Shown: positions 47,013-61,987 of the stretch, one piece after another | Layout: the number at the start of each line of letters is the position of its first letter | Numbering within the stretch: position 1 is the stretch's first letter | Assembly: GCF_009914755.1 (NCBI RefSeq) | Contig: NC_060930.1 | Strand: one strand, 5' to 3' | Length of the DNA stretch: 64,000 bases | From: the human T2T-CHM13v2.0 reference genome, Homo sapiens | Position numbers and translations under genes: made by a program | Notes under the pieces: generated by a model | Seen by the model: the letters and a program-made list of their open reading frames with translations, nothing else | Database searches by the model: none | What the model was told of the DNA's origin: nothing

Positions 47013-47187
47013 AAGTAGCTCTCATACTTGAACATGCATTAGAATCACTTGGAGAACTTGTCAAAACACAAACCGCTAAACTCCATCCCCAGAGTTTCTA
47101 CTCAATAGGTGTGGGGCTGAGCTGCATCTGTGAAACTTCCTGGGTGGTGCTAATCCTCCTCTACAGGCCACATTTTGAAAAACACCG
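47013..47187. mobile_element. MER5A
   Basis: gcattagaatcacttggagaacttgtcaaaacaca...ccccagagtttct. Confidence 0.75.
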
Positions 47188-47197
47188 TCCTACAGAA

Positions 47198-47429
47198 CAT
47201 GGGTTATCAAGTAGGGCCAATTATGTTCTCTGAGGAAACTGGGCAATGTCAGACTATATTTTTGGTTGTCACAAATGGGAATAGGGAGCATGCTCCTGGC
47301 ATCTATACTCCTGGCATCTAGTGAGTAGAGACCACAGATGCTGCTAAACATCCTACCATGCACAAGACAGCTCCCACAGCAAAGAATTATCTGGCCCAAC
47401 ACATCAGTGGTTGAGAATGAGAAAACCTG
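47198..47429 (+). mobile_element. MER20 with internal 16-bp tandem duplication
   Basis: tttttggttgtcaca..gatgctgctaaacatcctac..aaagaattatctggccc; flanks ctacagaa/ctatagag. Confidence 0.87.
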
Positions 47430-47931
47430 CTATAGAGTAAAATACAACTTACTTCAAATATATGATTCGACCATTAAGTTGGTAAAAGTTCTTCAGTGCA
47501 TTTCAAAAATTTAACATGGAAAAAATATTCAAAAGTTTTATTCTTTCTCAAGTAGTGACAAAGTATGAATTTTACTCTACAGTAAACTACAGCAAAATGA
47601 AGTTTTAGAGAGATTAATACATAAAAGTATACCAAGTTACAAAAGGAAATAAACATTTATGTAATGCTATTGGTAGAAAATTATTTTTTAATAACTAATT
47701 ATATTAAAAGACTGGTTTCTTTGAAATGTAACGACCAAAAATGCTTATTTCTTAAGCTGAGTGAAAAACAGATAGGTGCTCATTTTAGTATTACATGTAT
47801 TTAGATATAAATAAAATCTTTCATAATGAGCAATTTGTTTTAAGGAAAAGTGGCAATCACAGCAGTAATCAATCCCAAGTAAATAAGTTTGAGGCATACA
47901 TGTGTATGTGTATGTATATGTATATCTGTGT

Positions 47932-47970
47932 ACACACACACACAAACACACAAACGAACACACACACACA
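47932..47970. repeat. Interrupted (CA)n; UG-rich tract starting at +16 of the exon donor
   Basis: Read directly. Confidence 0.93.
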
Positions 47971-47985
47971 GACAAATGAACTTAC

Positions 47986-48054
47986 TCCAGTAGGCTGAAA
48001 AATAAGTCCATCCATTTCATGGCTCACTTCTTTGGCAAAATTTCCTTCAAGTAG
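47986..48054 (-). CDS. RNGTT: mRNA capping enzyme internal exon (probably exon 12), 69 nt, [23 protein letters not shown], guanylyltransferase motif IV
   Basis: Minus strand reads tttattttatag|CTACTTGAAGGA...CCTACTGGA|gtaagt; phase 0-0; contains the DGLIF motif of RNA guanylyltransferases. Confidence 0.97.
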
Positions 48055-48232
48055 CTATAAAATAAATACACATGTATTCTTTAAAAATATAATAATCACT
48101 TTAAAAGTATTTAAACTTCTTGCTAAGCTTTATAAAAACTTCTTAATATATAAGTTATAAGAACTGAAATACAAAATAAGAGAAAGGGATAGGTCTAAAG
48201 GAATCTAAGTTAATACATCGTAAGATTTGAAT

Positions 48233-48243
48233 ACACACACACA

Positions 48244-48280
<37 letters not shown>
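48233..48280. repeat. (AC)5AG(AC)18 microsatellite; UG tract upstream of the exon acceptor
   Basis: Read directly. Confidence 0.96.
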
Positions 48281-48283
<3 letters not shown>

Positions 48284-48507
48284 TTTCCATTCCTTGGCAG
48301 GCTAGATATTCTAAACAATAGTCCTAACTACAACAACCAAAATAATGAATAAAGCACTGAAAACATATTTTTAAATGTATTCCTAAGCCAGCACAAAAGG
48401 AAGAAAGACATAGAAGCAAAAACAAAGTGAAAGTAGAAACTCTGGAAAGTAATAGATAAAAGGAATAAAAAATAAACACACACAAAAACAGGAGAAGCAA
48501 AGAAATA

Positions 48508-48637
48508 CTTGGGGACAAGAATTTGTAACTACAAACTAGCTCAAACATGAAGATTATAGTCCAAAGCTACAAACAAACTTGCTTGGGGGCAAGAATTTGT
48601 AACCACAAACCAGCTCAAACATGGAGATTATAATCCA
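48508..48637. repeat. 56-bp direct repeat, period 74 bp
   Basis: 48508-48563 vs 48582-48637; 5 mismatches, all transitions. Confidence 0.9.
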
Positions 48638-48970
48638 TAAATACATTGTGTTTTCCAAGAACCCTTAGAGAATGTTTTTAATCTTACTTTGGGGTTTTTT
48701 TGTGTCTTTTTTATATTTTTCCAAGCAGAGAATTTCATTGCAAAGAATACACCGTGAAAAATACAACTAACAGTTTTTTCAATGCCATATCAACAGAGTT
48801 ATAGACCCTATACCCTCTAATTAATTCTGACTGATTACGTAGTTTTAATGTATCTCTTTCACAGATTTTTATTATTTTGAAGAACTCAACATGTATATCA
48901 CTGATGGAGGTCTGAAACATGAATTTCTGCATTTTGGGGAAGAGAACAAAACATACTTTCACAGAGCTAG

Positions 48971-49277
48971 GTGCATTAGTTCATTTTCACACTTGCTAAT
49001 AAAGACATACCCGAGACTGGGTAATTTATAAAGAAAAAGCAGTTTAATGGACTTGCTGTTCCACATGGCTGGGGTGGCCTCACAGTCATGGCAGAAGGTG
49101 AAGGAGGAGCAAAGGCATGGTCTTACATGGCAGCAGGCAAGAGAATGAGTGTCAAGCAAAGGGGGAAGCCCCTTATAAAAGCATCAGATCACATAAGAAC
49201 TCACTATCATGAGAACAGCATGGGGGGAAATAGCCCCCACGAATCAATTACTTCCCACCAGGTCCCTCCCACAACAC
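48971..49277 (-). mobile_element. THE1-type MaLR LTR, truncated
   Basis: aataaagacatacccgagactgggtaatttataaag...catggcagaaggtgaagg...ggtccctcccacaacac. Confidence 0.9.
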
Positions 49278-49715
49278 CAGGTTATCTAGACTCTGGCCAA
49301 TTAACAGAAAATTCAGGATAGTTCTAGGATTCAAATATGTCTTCTAAATTTTTGGATATGCTGTGTGTTATACATCCCTTTTATCACAATCACACACTCT
49401 TGAAAGCACTATGCTTAAAGAGTTTACAAGATTTGCTTTCCAAAAGCAACAACCAAAACTTCAAGTACGTATTTCACTTGCAACAAAAATCTGTGATTCT
49501 CTTCCCAAACTGTGACTTCATCTTCTCTGCCATTTCATCCTTCAAAATCTATAATTTCTCTAAACTGAGGGCAGTTCAAATTTGAGTTTAAAAATCTATA
49601 TTTCCTTAAAATTTTAATGTTCCTTTCTGACACTGAGATAGAAATTAGATCAGTAATTGCCAGAGGCTTGGGGGGTAGTCTTTAATGAGTTTCAGTTTTG
49701 AAAGATGAAAAAGTT

Positions 49716-50019
49716 GGCTGGGCATGGTGGCTCACACCTGTAATCCCAGCAATTTGGGAGGCTGAGGCGGGCAGATCATGAGGTCAGGAGTTCAAGACCA
49801 GCCTGTCCAATATGGTGAAACACCATCTCTACTAAAAAATACAAAAATTAACCGGTGTGGTGGCGCGCGCCTGTAGTCCCAGCTACTACTCACAAGGCCG
49901 AGGCAGGAGAATCACCTGAACCCAGGAGGCGGAGGTTGCAGTGAGCCAAGATTGTGCCACTGCACTCCAGCCTGGGCAACAGAGTGAGACTCCATCTCAA
50001 AAAAAAAAAAAAAAAAAAA
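49716..50019 (+). mobile_element. AluS (Sg-like)
   Basis: Full dimer with A21 tail; no TSD immediately after the tail. Confidence 0.94.
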
Positions 50020-50782
50020 CTAAATTCATAGCATTTCTGCTGAGCAATGATGCAATAAAAACCAAATACCACAATAATCTCTTTTTTCAAAAAAAAAAAA
50101 AGGTTAAAAAAATGTAACCTTTAATCTTTCATTTGCTCTACTTGTATTGTAGGTACATCATTTATGGCAAGTTAACATGGTAGTTTCCATTCTTCAACCA
50201 AACTTCTCAAATTCATGTAATGGACCATGCCTGTATGTAAAGTAACAATAAAAAATAGCCAGTTAGCAAGACTCTACATAACATGATTCTACCTGCTGCA
50301 GAAATGAAAGTAATTTCATTTTTTATTCTACTCTTTTTATAAATCAGAGTATTTAAAGGACTGAAAATTCATGGGTCAAAATAAGAGTTCCTCTGCATTA
50401 CTCTAGACAATATTTTTTTCTTTACTTGACACATAATATTTATGATATCACCTATCATGTATCAAAGACCTACAATGGAGTGTTGTGCTTGGTACTTAAC
50501 ATATCATTCAAAATACATAACTCCTCATGAGATGTGTATTCTCAAGTTTTGAATTATTACTCAATTTGCCAGAAAAGGAAACTGAGGTCATCAGACATAA
50601 GCAACTAGCTTTAATTCAGAGAGTAAAGTAAAATCACTCAGAACAGATTACATCAGACTTTAACTAAAAATAAAGAGATAACTAAATAAAGTCTTATGAC
50701 TCTCTGAAACAAATGCCCCAAAGATTTCTGCAAGTTCCTAAATATATAGGTCCTCCAATAGCCACTTAAATTTTATAGACTT

Positions 50783-50909
50783 GGCCAGACACAGTGGCTC
50801 ACACCTGTAATTCTGGCACTTTGGGAGGCTGAGGCAGGGGACTGCCTGAGGCCAGGAGTTCAAGACCAACCTGGCCAACACAGCAAGACCCCATTTGTAT
50901 ATTTAACAA
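50783..50909 (+). mobile_element. FLAM_C-like monomer
   Basis: Left monomer only; 15-bp TSD aaattttatagactt. Confidence 0.88.
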
Positions 50910-52553
50910 AAATTTTATAGACTTTAAATGCATTATAGAATATACTATATGAATAAAGTGAATATGAAGGGAGATAAAATTCTTGAAGGAAAAAAGGTTT
51001 TCTAAGAATAGAGATGTAATCTAAAAATGTTATTAATATTGTATACTTTATATTAACTGATTTATATATTCATATGAGATCATATATGTAATGTGTTTAT
51101 TAAATTAGAAATATTAGCTTTTGTTTATTTACAATTCTTAAAAAAAAAAAGTATCCAAACTTGTTACGGCCATCTTCCATATATCAGTATCTTCATCATT
51201 AGAGCCAACTTTTAAGTCATTTAGCCAGTTTCCATTATTTTTCCTGCTGCTGTCTCTGATTTACAGCATTCTTCAAATCATACATGAGATTATAACTGCA
51301 GATGTTATCCCAAGCTACAAGTACTGGTTGACTAATGTTAAGAAAATGCTTTTTCCCCTCATTCATTCCATAGATCTATGTTCATAATCTTAGAAGTGCT
51401 TTGCTCTTTGAAGATACCTTTAAAAGGTTGGTTTAAGAAAAAGTTCCTCATTCATTTACGATGTGAAAAATAGTAAGAGAATGCTGCTTCTACACTGATG
51501 ATAATAAAAAAGCAGATAATCTATCAAATAATAACTTTTGTTATGGCCATCAGAAAGCTGACATCTGCAGGCAACCAAATAAACTGAATCCCAGCCCCTC
51601 CAAAGGAGGGTGAAGTATATGAACTCATGTCTTCTTTGGTAGAGAAAAGGAAGAGGAAGTGGCAGCCATAAGTGAGTACAAAGAAAACAACAACTGACCA
51701 ATTCTTAAAAACTAAGTCTGGGCGAGTGGAACAGTTTAGAATCCCTGGAAGCCCAAAACACAAGAGATACAAACTTTTTCTCAGGCTTCTATCAGGCTTC
51801 ACAAGAAAGACCACAGGCAGGGCAGGAAACATGAGAATGCCCCCACCTTGGTTGGGCACAGACGTTAAAACCCTCCTGCTTTCCAAACCCTTCTTGATAT
51901 GATGCAAAAGTTACCTGGGAATAAATCCATATGCAGCTATACAAGAAGCTGGAGACAGACTTGGACCAATGATATTATATTGATAAAAAGCAGAAAGACT
52001 TGGTCCTGACAAAATATCCCTATGCAAGGCAAAACTTCACTGGCAAGAGGGAGAGGGAAGACCCACTGAGGAAAACCCCATGCCTGCGATTCAGGTGCTC
52101 AGGTTCTGCTTAATACTAAGGCTGGAGAAGAAAAACTAAGAAAACTCCACAGTCTTCACAAGTCTGGCACTGAGCGGCAAGAAACAGTTGTTTACATATG
52201 GGGAAAAGTACTAGAAGTATGAAAATAGAACACTCTGTGGTACAGGGGAGCAGAGCCTACTGAAAGCTAAACGTGAAACAGAAACACCAGGAGAAAACCC
52301 TTTTATACTCTAGGCATTACAATAAATACAAGTAACAGCAGCCAACTGCTGAGAAAATATAAATTCTTTGGAGCACTGAAGATGTAATTATATAGCAACA
52401 CATAGAACAGGCTGATTCAACCACTACCCCTCCCCACCCACAAATGAAGCCTATTAACAAACTAAAAGAAGTATGCCTGTTACCAAGCATAAAGATACTT
52501 ACCTCAGTCTCTTTTGTTCATATAGGAAAGAAAAATCCACGAAAGACGTCTAA

Positions 52554-53690
<1,137 letters not shown>

Positions 53691-55050
53691 AAAATAACAT
53701 TGTAAATGATCTAGACAAAAAAGTGGAAAACATGCATAAACGGATATGGAGTTTCAGCAGAGATGGAAACAATAAAAATGAAACAATTGAAAATGCAGAA
53801 ATAAAAACACACAACATCAGAGAAAAAGAATGTTAATCAGTGGGAATGATAATCAATGAGATTATCCACAGACTGGACACAGAAGAGAAAAGTCACTAAA
53901 CTTAAAGAAGAAACGTACGTGGCACTTTTTCCAACTGAAATACAAAAAGAAAAAAAGAGGGAAAAAAGAAACAGTGCTGAGAATCAAAGAGCTGGGAGAC
54001 TACAGCCAAAGACAGAACATTTGTACAGCTGGAATGCGAAAACAAAAAGAAAGATACAAGGAAGCAAAGAAACCAACTGAGAGAAATAATGCCTCCAATT
54101 GCTACAAAATTAATTAAACACATAAACACAAACACACACCCCAATGGACTCCAAGAGGACAGGAAGAAAGATTTAAGAAAAACAAAAAAAAAAATGTAGG
54201 TTTATCATAGTCAAAACCCAGCAAGAAGGGGGAAAAGATTACAGGCAGAGGAACAAAAATAAGATTGACAGCAGACTCCTTATCTGAAATTACGCCAGCC
54301 ATGAGACAATGAAACCTCACCTTTAACATACTAATATTAATAGAAACAATGTCAATCCAAAAATCTTTAGCAAATGAAAATATCTTTCAATAATAAAGGC
54401 ACAGTAGAGTTCTTTTTCAGACAGACAATAGCTGATAAAACATATTTCCACCAAGCTAGAATATAAGAAATTTTAAAAGAAAATTTTCAGGTAGAAGGAA
54501 TATGATACAAGAATAAAATCTGTATCTAAACTGAAATAATGAAGGGCATTGGAATGGTTAAAAACTAGAATAAATATAAGAAATCTGTGTTCCTCTTTCT
54601 TTTCTTACAATATAATTGACTAATTAAAGTAAAAATATTAACAATGTATTGTAGGATTTATAACATATGTAAAAACAAATTGTATAAAAGGAAATGAGGT
54701 AAGAACCCCAACTAGGAAGTGGCATACTATTATTTAAAAGTAAATTGTGAAAACAGACACTATAAACCTTAGAACAACTGCTAAAATATACACAAAGATA
54801 TATATCTAATAGGCCCAAAAAGTGGAGATATAATGGAATAAGAACATTCTCAAGTAATCTAAATGATGGCAAGACAAAAGGAAAAAAGTAAATGAGAAAA
54901 CATGGGGCAAGCCATGTAGTAAATCAAGTAGTATGATAGTAGATTTAAACCAGATTGTTTTCATTCTAATGATATTTCTTCTAAAAACCACAACATTACA
55001 AAATCAACAAGCAGAGATTGTCATTATTAATAAATTTTTTTAAGAAATCA

Positions 55051-55388
<338 letters not shown>

Positions 55389-56141
55389 GGAACCAACTAT
55401 ATAATAGTGTCTACAACAGCCCACTTTGTACATAAAGAGTCCGTTAGGTATAAAGTACAGAGATGGAAAAAGATGTCAAATTCAGGGCTAATGGAAAAAA
55501 GCTGAAGCATCTAGGCTATATTAATATAAGACAATGAGAACTTCTGAACAAGAAATTACTAGAGATGAAAACAATACATACTGACAAAGGGGGTCAATTC
55601 ATCAGGAGTCTGTAACAATCTTAAATGTATACACACCTTAAAAAAAGCTTCAAAATAAAACTGACAAAATAGATAAGAAAAATAGTGGGGAAATCCTCAA
55701 TTATACATAGAGAATTTAACACTCTTCTCTGAGCAAACGACTGGACAAATAGAAAAAAAAATCACTAGTAGTAAAGACATCTTGAAAAGACTTACAGAAC
55801 ACAAGCAGACAGAAAGCCAGTGAGGATATGGAAGCGTAGATCACTATAAAACAACCTGACTTAATTGACATTTATAAAAATACTCCACCCAAACCAGGAA
55901 AAAATGCTTTTTTTTCCTAAATGCGTACAACACATTTCAAAGTATATTCTCTGATCATAATGAATTAAATTAGATGTCAATATTTGGAAAGTCATCCAAT
56001 ATTTGAAAATTAAATAACACACTTCTAAATAACCCAAGAATAAAAGAAGAAATTAAAAGGGAAATTTTAAAGTATTTTAAACAGAATGAAAACAAAAACA
56101 GAGTAGATTAATGTTTGAGAGATGCAGCTAAAGCATATTTA

Positions 56142-56483
<342 letters not shown>

Positions 56484-59458
56484 AATTTTTTACCCATTTT
56501 TATAATAAAAAAAATTAAGAAAAAGGTTACAAATCAACGACCTCAACTTCCACTTTAAGAAAGTAAGGAGAACTGTAAAGAATTTCATAATCTCAGATAT
56601 AAAAAATAGCCAGTTGGGCTGAGATAGTGTACACAATAAAAACAACTTCTCCCCTCCTAAGGCTAAGACCGGACTTCACTGAAGACGGAACAGCCATAGC
56701 TCACTGGATGGTGAAGCTGATGAAATGTCCCAGCTGCCTTTAAAGATGGAAGTTGTATCAAAGCAGTATGTCCAAATTTAGCATACTGAGTAATAGGTAG
56801 GAATGAATTTCCAAATTTCAAAATTAAGTCGCTGAGATGAAAATTTCAAAGAAATTGAGAGGCCAAGGTTGTAAGTCAAACCAAACATTGGGAAGTGTAT
56901 TCAGCAACGATGATGGGCAGCCTTTGAGAGAAGAGTCTGTCAGGCACAGTCTCCATGAAAAAAAGGAGTTAGCAAAAAGTCAAAAAGAGAGTCTCAATGT
57001 GCTTAAAATAGCACGACTTGAAAAGTCAGGTTTTATTTAATAATTTAAATAACAGATATAATTTTAAACTCACTTTGATATTCTTTTGTGTCTGATATTA
57101 CATTCAAAAAATAACCTACTGTTTCTTTTTCTCCTTTTCTATATATAAAGTAAAACTTATTCATGAGTTGCACTGGTATCCTAATGTAAGAAGTACTAAG
57201 CTAAGTTTTTCATAGATAATTCACTGGTTGATTAACATCCCAATAAAAATACAATTGCATGCAGTGTTCATGAGATAGATATTTCCTGACTGCCTTCCAA
57301 TGCTAGAAACCAAGCCAGCATTAGGACATGCTAATGGGATATGAGGACCCAATAACAACATAAGCCTTGGCCAATGTGCCTAAATAATACCTTAATTTCA
57401 ATTTGACAGTAAAAACATTTAAATGTGATGACATAATTACAATTTCTCCTTGTCAATCTTTCTTCAGAAACGTGGTTCTACTTAAATTACCCTAGATGTT
57501 TTTAAAACACTTCTAACAAATAAAAGAATCTTAATTTAGAAATGGTTAATTGAAAAATCTTGGAGAAATTTAAAGTGGAATATCTGGTCAATCACCCTAA
57601 ACTAGGATACAATCCTTTTCAGAATTACAATTTTCTTGATAATTTTCCCTCCAGACAAAATTCGAAGATAATTGGATGAAAAGTAAAACAGTAGACATTA
57701 TATATCAATTTTTAATAAAGCATGATACTTTTCATAAGGTTTTTCCTATAAAACTTAAATTTGCTTACTTATGAACATAATCTTATCTTTGAATACCATC
57801 TGAAATATCCTACAGAGGGCATGTAGCATGGACCAAAGATTGGAGGAACTGACAAAGGTTACCATATGATTGACTCTGAGTTGATGTTTTATGTCTATGA
57901 ATCATGATGTAACCGAAAACCAAGTTGTTATAAATGCATAAGCAGAGAAACATAATGCAAAAGGCTTGACATTAGAAACATGAGAAATAAAATAGAAACT
58001 GCAAAGTTACAAAGCATAGAAAGGAGCCTTTTAAAAATAATAAGCAAAATGACAGCTTAAGACTACAGTGAAGAAGAAACTCAATCTCCAATGTTATTAG
58101 AAATACGAATTGGCAATATCAATTCATTATAGTATGGAAAATATACCAATGGAATACTTAAAAAAGAATAAACTACCTCCACCTTTCAGTTCTGGTCTAT
58201 TCTACTCAGACATCTTCTGAGCAGATATTCCCACAAAGCCTCAACTCATTGCCTGAGAATACTCAATATAGTAACTTCTATCTCTTGACTCTTTTATGTG
58301 CTTTCATAACTCCCCACAAATCCAAGGTTTAGTTTTAAAACCCCCCCAAAAATGGAAATTTGCACTCCCCTGGATACTAATCTTTATTGGTTTTCAATCC
58401 CAAATTCTAACTTCTAGTTCAGGTTAGGATTATTCAATGCTTCTGTACTCTGAATGTCCTTCTAATCAGTAAATAATAATCCTACAAGTCATCCTTCTTG
58501 CTCATCACAAAGCCAACATCATTATCTTCTTTTAAAAAAGAATGACTTGATTGCCACTATTTACCAATAGTGCCTAAACAACTATGTCATTCAAGTTAGC
58601 TAATCAAAATATAAATCGCTTTTGCAATACTATTGTTGGCTCTTTCATTAACCAATATTATTGCAATTAAAAAGAGGCATAATAATTCTGGTGAATCCTA
58701 TTTGACAAGTTAGAAAATCTCAAACAAAATTTCTCTAGAAAATATACCCTCTTAATTTTGGTTGCCGTTAGTCTTATTTTTACCAAAATCCCTTCATAGA
58801 TCCACAAAGAAGTAGTCAACCACATCCTCATGGAACAATAAAAGTTCTTTTCATCAGATTTCTAATTATTCTTTTTTATTTCATAATTTAGGCATCATTC
58901 ACTCATTCAACAAACATTCACTTAGTACCAATAAGTGACAACCACTGTGTTAAGTGTTTGAGATGTAAAAGAGTTTACTCCATGTCTATCTTGGAAGAGC
59001 AGGTGGCAGGGTCTAGTGGGGAGACCCCAAACTCAAATGTCTATACGTGCCAGGCCATAACCTGAACTGGACAGGGTATACAGTAAGACGGACGCGTGAG
59101 ACCAACTGGAGAAGACATCCTCATCTACAAGCAGTCAAATTCAACATTGTTTACATATCATATGAGATTACACTTTATGAAGCTCATGAATTTATGAGTT
59201 AATATGGACCTAAATACACATAAAATAGTTTTTTTACCTTAAATGCTTTCAATAGAGATGCTTAAAGACTTCTAAGGAAACAAAACAGCAATTATATTTT
59301 CATCTATCATTTAAGGATTTATTCAAATATTTACTGAGTACTAATTACATATTCATTTTTAGAAAATGATGAGAAGAGCAAGAGAAGGAGGTAATACATA
59401 CAAAACTACTAATATATGCCAGGTACTGTTCCAACACTTTACATATTTTAACTTATTT

Positions 59459-59990
59459 TTAAACTATGCCCTAAAGAGTTAAAGAAACCAGTGACTGGCA
59501 GAAATTATTGAGCCTGCAGGGTGGCAAATTAAAAAAAGAAACAAATTGCTGAAACGCTGAAACTCCCTCCACTTATGAGATTTAAAACCTGGCTGAAATC
59601 AACTGGAACCGATATGGCCTACTGGCGTTTGCACAGAACGAACTTGCCGGTGTCACAGATCAAATTTCCACCACAGGCTGCATACTAACTCCCCCTGAAA
59701 CTTGCACATGAGATCCATGAGGTAGTATGAATAAATAGCTGTGCATGCCTGAGGACTTTCCAGACCTCTCCTCTCCTTCCACCAATAACCTACCAATCCC
59801 TGAACACACTCCCTAAACCTTTTCTAATGAAATTACTGCCTTAAAGTCAGCACAGAGAGACAGATTTGAGCTGGACTCCTTTCCTCTTGTTAGTCGACTT
59901 GCAATAAAAAGCTTTTATTTTCCCAAAAACTCAAGTGTCATAGTATTGGCTTCTAGCACATCAGGCAGCAAGCCCTTTTGCTCGGTAACA
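59459..59990 (+). mobile_element. ERV1 solo LTR (LTR54-like) inserted in a MIR (about 59395-60140, minus strand)
   Basis: aaagagttaaagaaaccagtgac...gcaataaaaagc...gctcggtaaca end; tttt on both flanks; MIR resumes on both sides. Confidence 0.75.
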
Positions 59991-61340
59991 TTTTTAGCCT
60001 CATAATTACCATATACAGTAGGGATTATTGTGATTCCCATTTTAAAGGTGAAGTTAAGAACTTGCCTAAGGTTACACAGCAAGAAACTGAGAATCCAAAT
60101 GCATTCTGGCTCCAGAGTCCATATTGTTAGCTGCTATTCTAAACTAGAGTGTCAGAGTCCCAAAAACTTCTCCTAATCTCTACTCTAGTCTAGGTTATAT
60201 GCTCCTTCAATAAACTATCAAAGTATCCTATGCTTCCCTCCATCACAAGCTTTTCCCATCTGTCTGACTACTAAATTGATATGTATGCTTTTTGAGGTCA
60301 GGAATCACATCTTACATTCATTGTATTTTCAACATCTATTACAATAATCTGGTGCACAGTAAGCTCTCACTTAACAAATGTGTGTTAAATAAATATAAAA
60401 TGAATAACACAGTGCAAGAATCTATAAAAATAAGCTGGTAAGGCTAGGTTATAACCATAGGTTATAGGTTAGGTAGAAAAATACATAGGCTGTCACAAGA
60501 GGTTTTATAAAATGAAAACATAAAAAACTGTTAGAGAAGTTTAAAAGTTGATTAGACTTGTGTACGTATTATGAAAGGGGTAAGATTTTAAAAAAAAGCT
60601 AAAGTCATCTCTCATAAGTTAATAACTTCCTAATAAATCATCCTTTATTACCTATATATATCTCCAGTGAAGACAACAGTAATAACGTCCTAACTGGGCA
60701 TATAGAGTTGCTTCTAGGTGAATTTCCTTTCTTCAAACTATTTCTACTCACTATGCTACTCACTGACTTTCTAAAACAAACAATTTGTTGTGTGTCATGG
60801 TCATATCTAAAAATATTTGAATGCCCTTCACTGTCTATAGTCCAAGTTGCCTTAGTATAGCTTTTAAAGCCCTTTTTTTCCTGGGAAAACTCTCCTGAAT
60901 ATGTCTATAATCAAATCACAATGAAATGCTCACCTTTTCTAAAATATTTATATACTTTGATATCATTAAACCTTTGTTCATGCTATACTCTGTATCCAGA
61001 TTGCAGCTGACAAGAAATATAAGTGAGTATTTGTTTTGTGGATAGAAAAGCATGACCTATCAGTTTAGAAGAATAGTAAGTACTTTTGAAATGAATATAC
61101 GAATACAATGGATATTTGGCCATAAATACATAATGCAGTAAAAATACAACTAAACTGCATAAATGACTAGTCTGGATGTCATGAGGGAGAAAAAGTAGAG
61201 AGATTTAAAAAAAAGGAAAAGGCTAAATAGTTCTAATTTGAACATTAAGGGAAAATCATTTATTTGTAAAATAAAATTTAAGATTTTCAAATAAAGAGTA
61301 ATATGAGAAATTGCAAAAATATACCCTCTGTTTAAATAGG

Positions 61341-61987
61341 TGTGTTGAGGAATTCACTTTACCAAAGAGAGGGCCTGGCCTTTGCCCTCAGCTACTGGGA
61401 AACGATCTCTAGGCCCAGGGGATATCCTCCTTGATAAGAGTACCTGGAGTCACTGGAGAGTCTAACAATGTGACTCATGATGGGAGCTTCCTGGAATACC
61501 CTGTCAGCTCTGATCTCCAAAGAAACTAGAAACTAAATGTATTAGCCTGAACTTTTGGGAGGAGATAAAGACTAAAGGTCAGACACAGGGACAGTATGTG
61601 AACAAAATCCAGTATAAACTGTGGACACCAAAAGCTTGCATTAACTTCCCTGGACTGTCATACATCATAGCCAGGAAGAGGTAACAGCATCCATGACTCC
61701 ACCAGGAAAGCACAACCAGAAGCTTTGCTTTTGAGCCCCTCCCAGATTCTGCCCACGTGTCTCTCCTTTGGCTGGTTTTAGTATGTATCCTTTCATTATA
61801 ATAAAACTATAATTCTTAGTGCTCTGAGTTTTGTGGGTCATACCAGTGAATTATCAAATCTGAGGGAGTCAGTGGGGACCTCAGTATCTAAAGCCAGCAA
61901 GTCTGAAGTAAAGGAGGCCCTAGGGACCCCCAAACTTGAGGCTGGTATCTGAAGCAAGGACCATGCGGTTGGCCTAAACGTATTCCA
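61341..61987 (+). mobile_element. ERVL-class solo LTR (MER77/MER21 group)
   Basis: TG...CA ends; 5-bp TSD atagg; ccaaagagagggcctggcctttgccct; AATAAA near 61800. Confidence 0.78.

Noticed and set aside
48055-48080. Alternative AAG acceptor 24 nt upstream of the motif-IV exon, adding an in-frame TAG
   Set aside because: Weak AAG acceptor with no evidence of use.
51150-51262. Minus-strand open stretch IRDSSRKNNGNWLNDLKVGSNDEDTDIWKMAV as an exon
   Set aside because: Not part of the recognisable RNGTT peptide and lacks convincing splice sites.
56570-57040. Complex unique-looking segment with ORF 56837-57040 as a pseudogene
   Set aside because: No protein or repeat family recognised; a database search would be needed.
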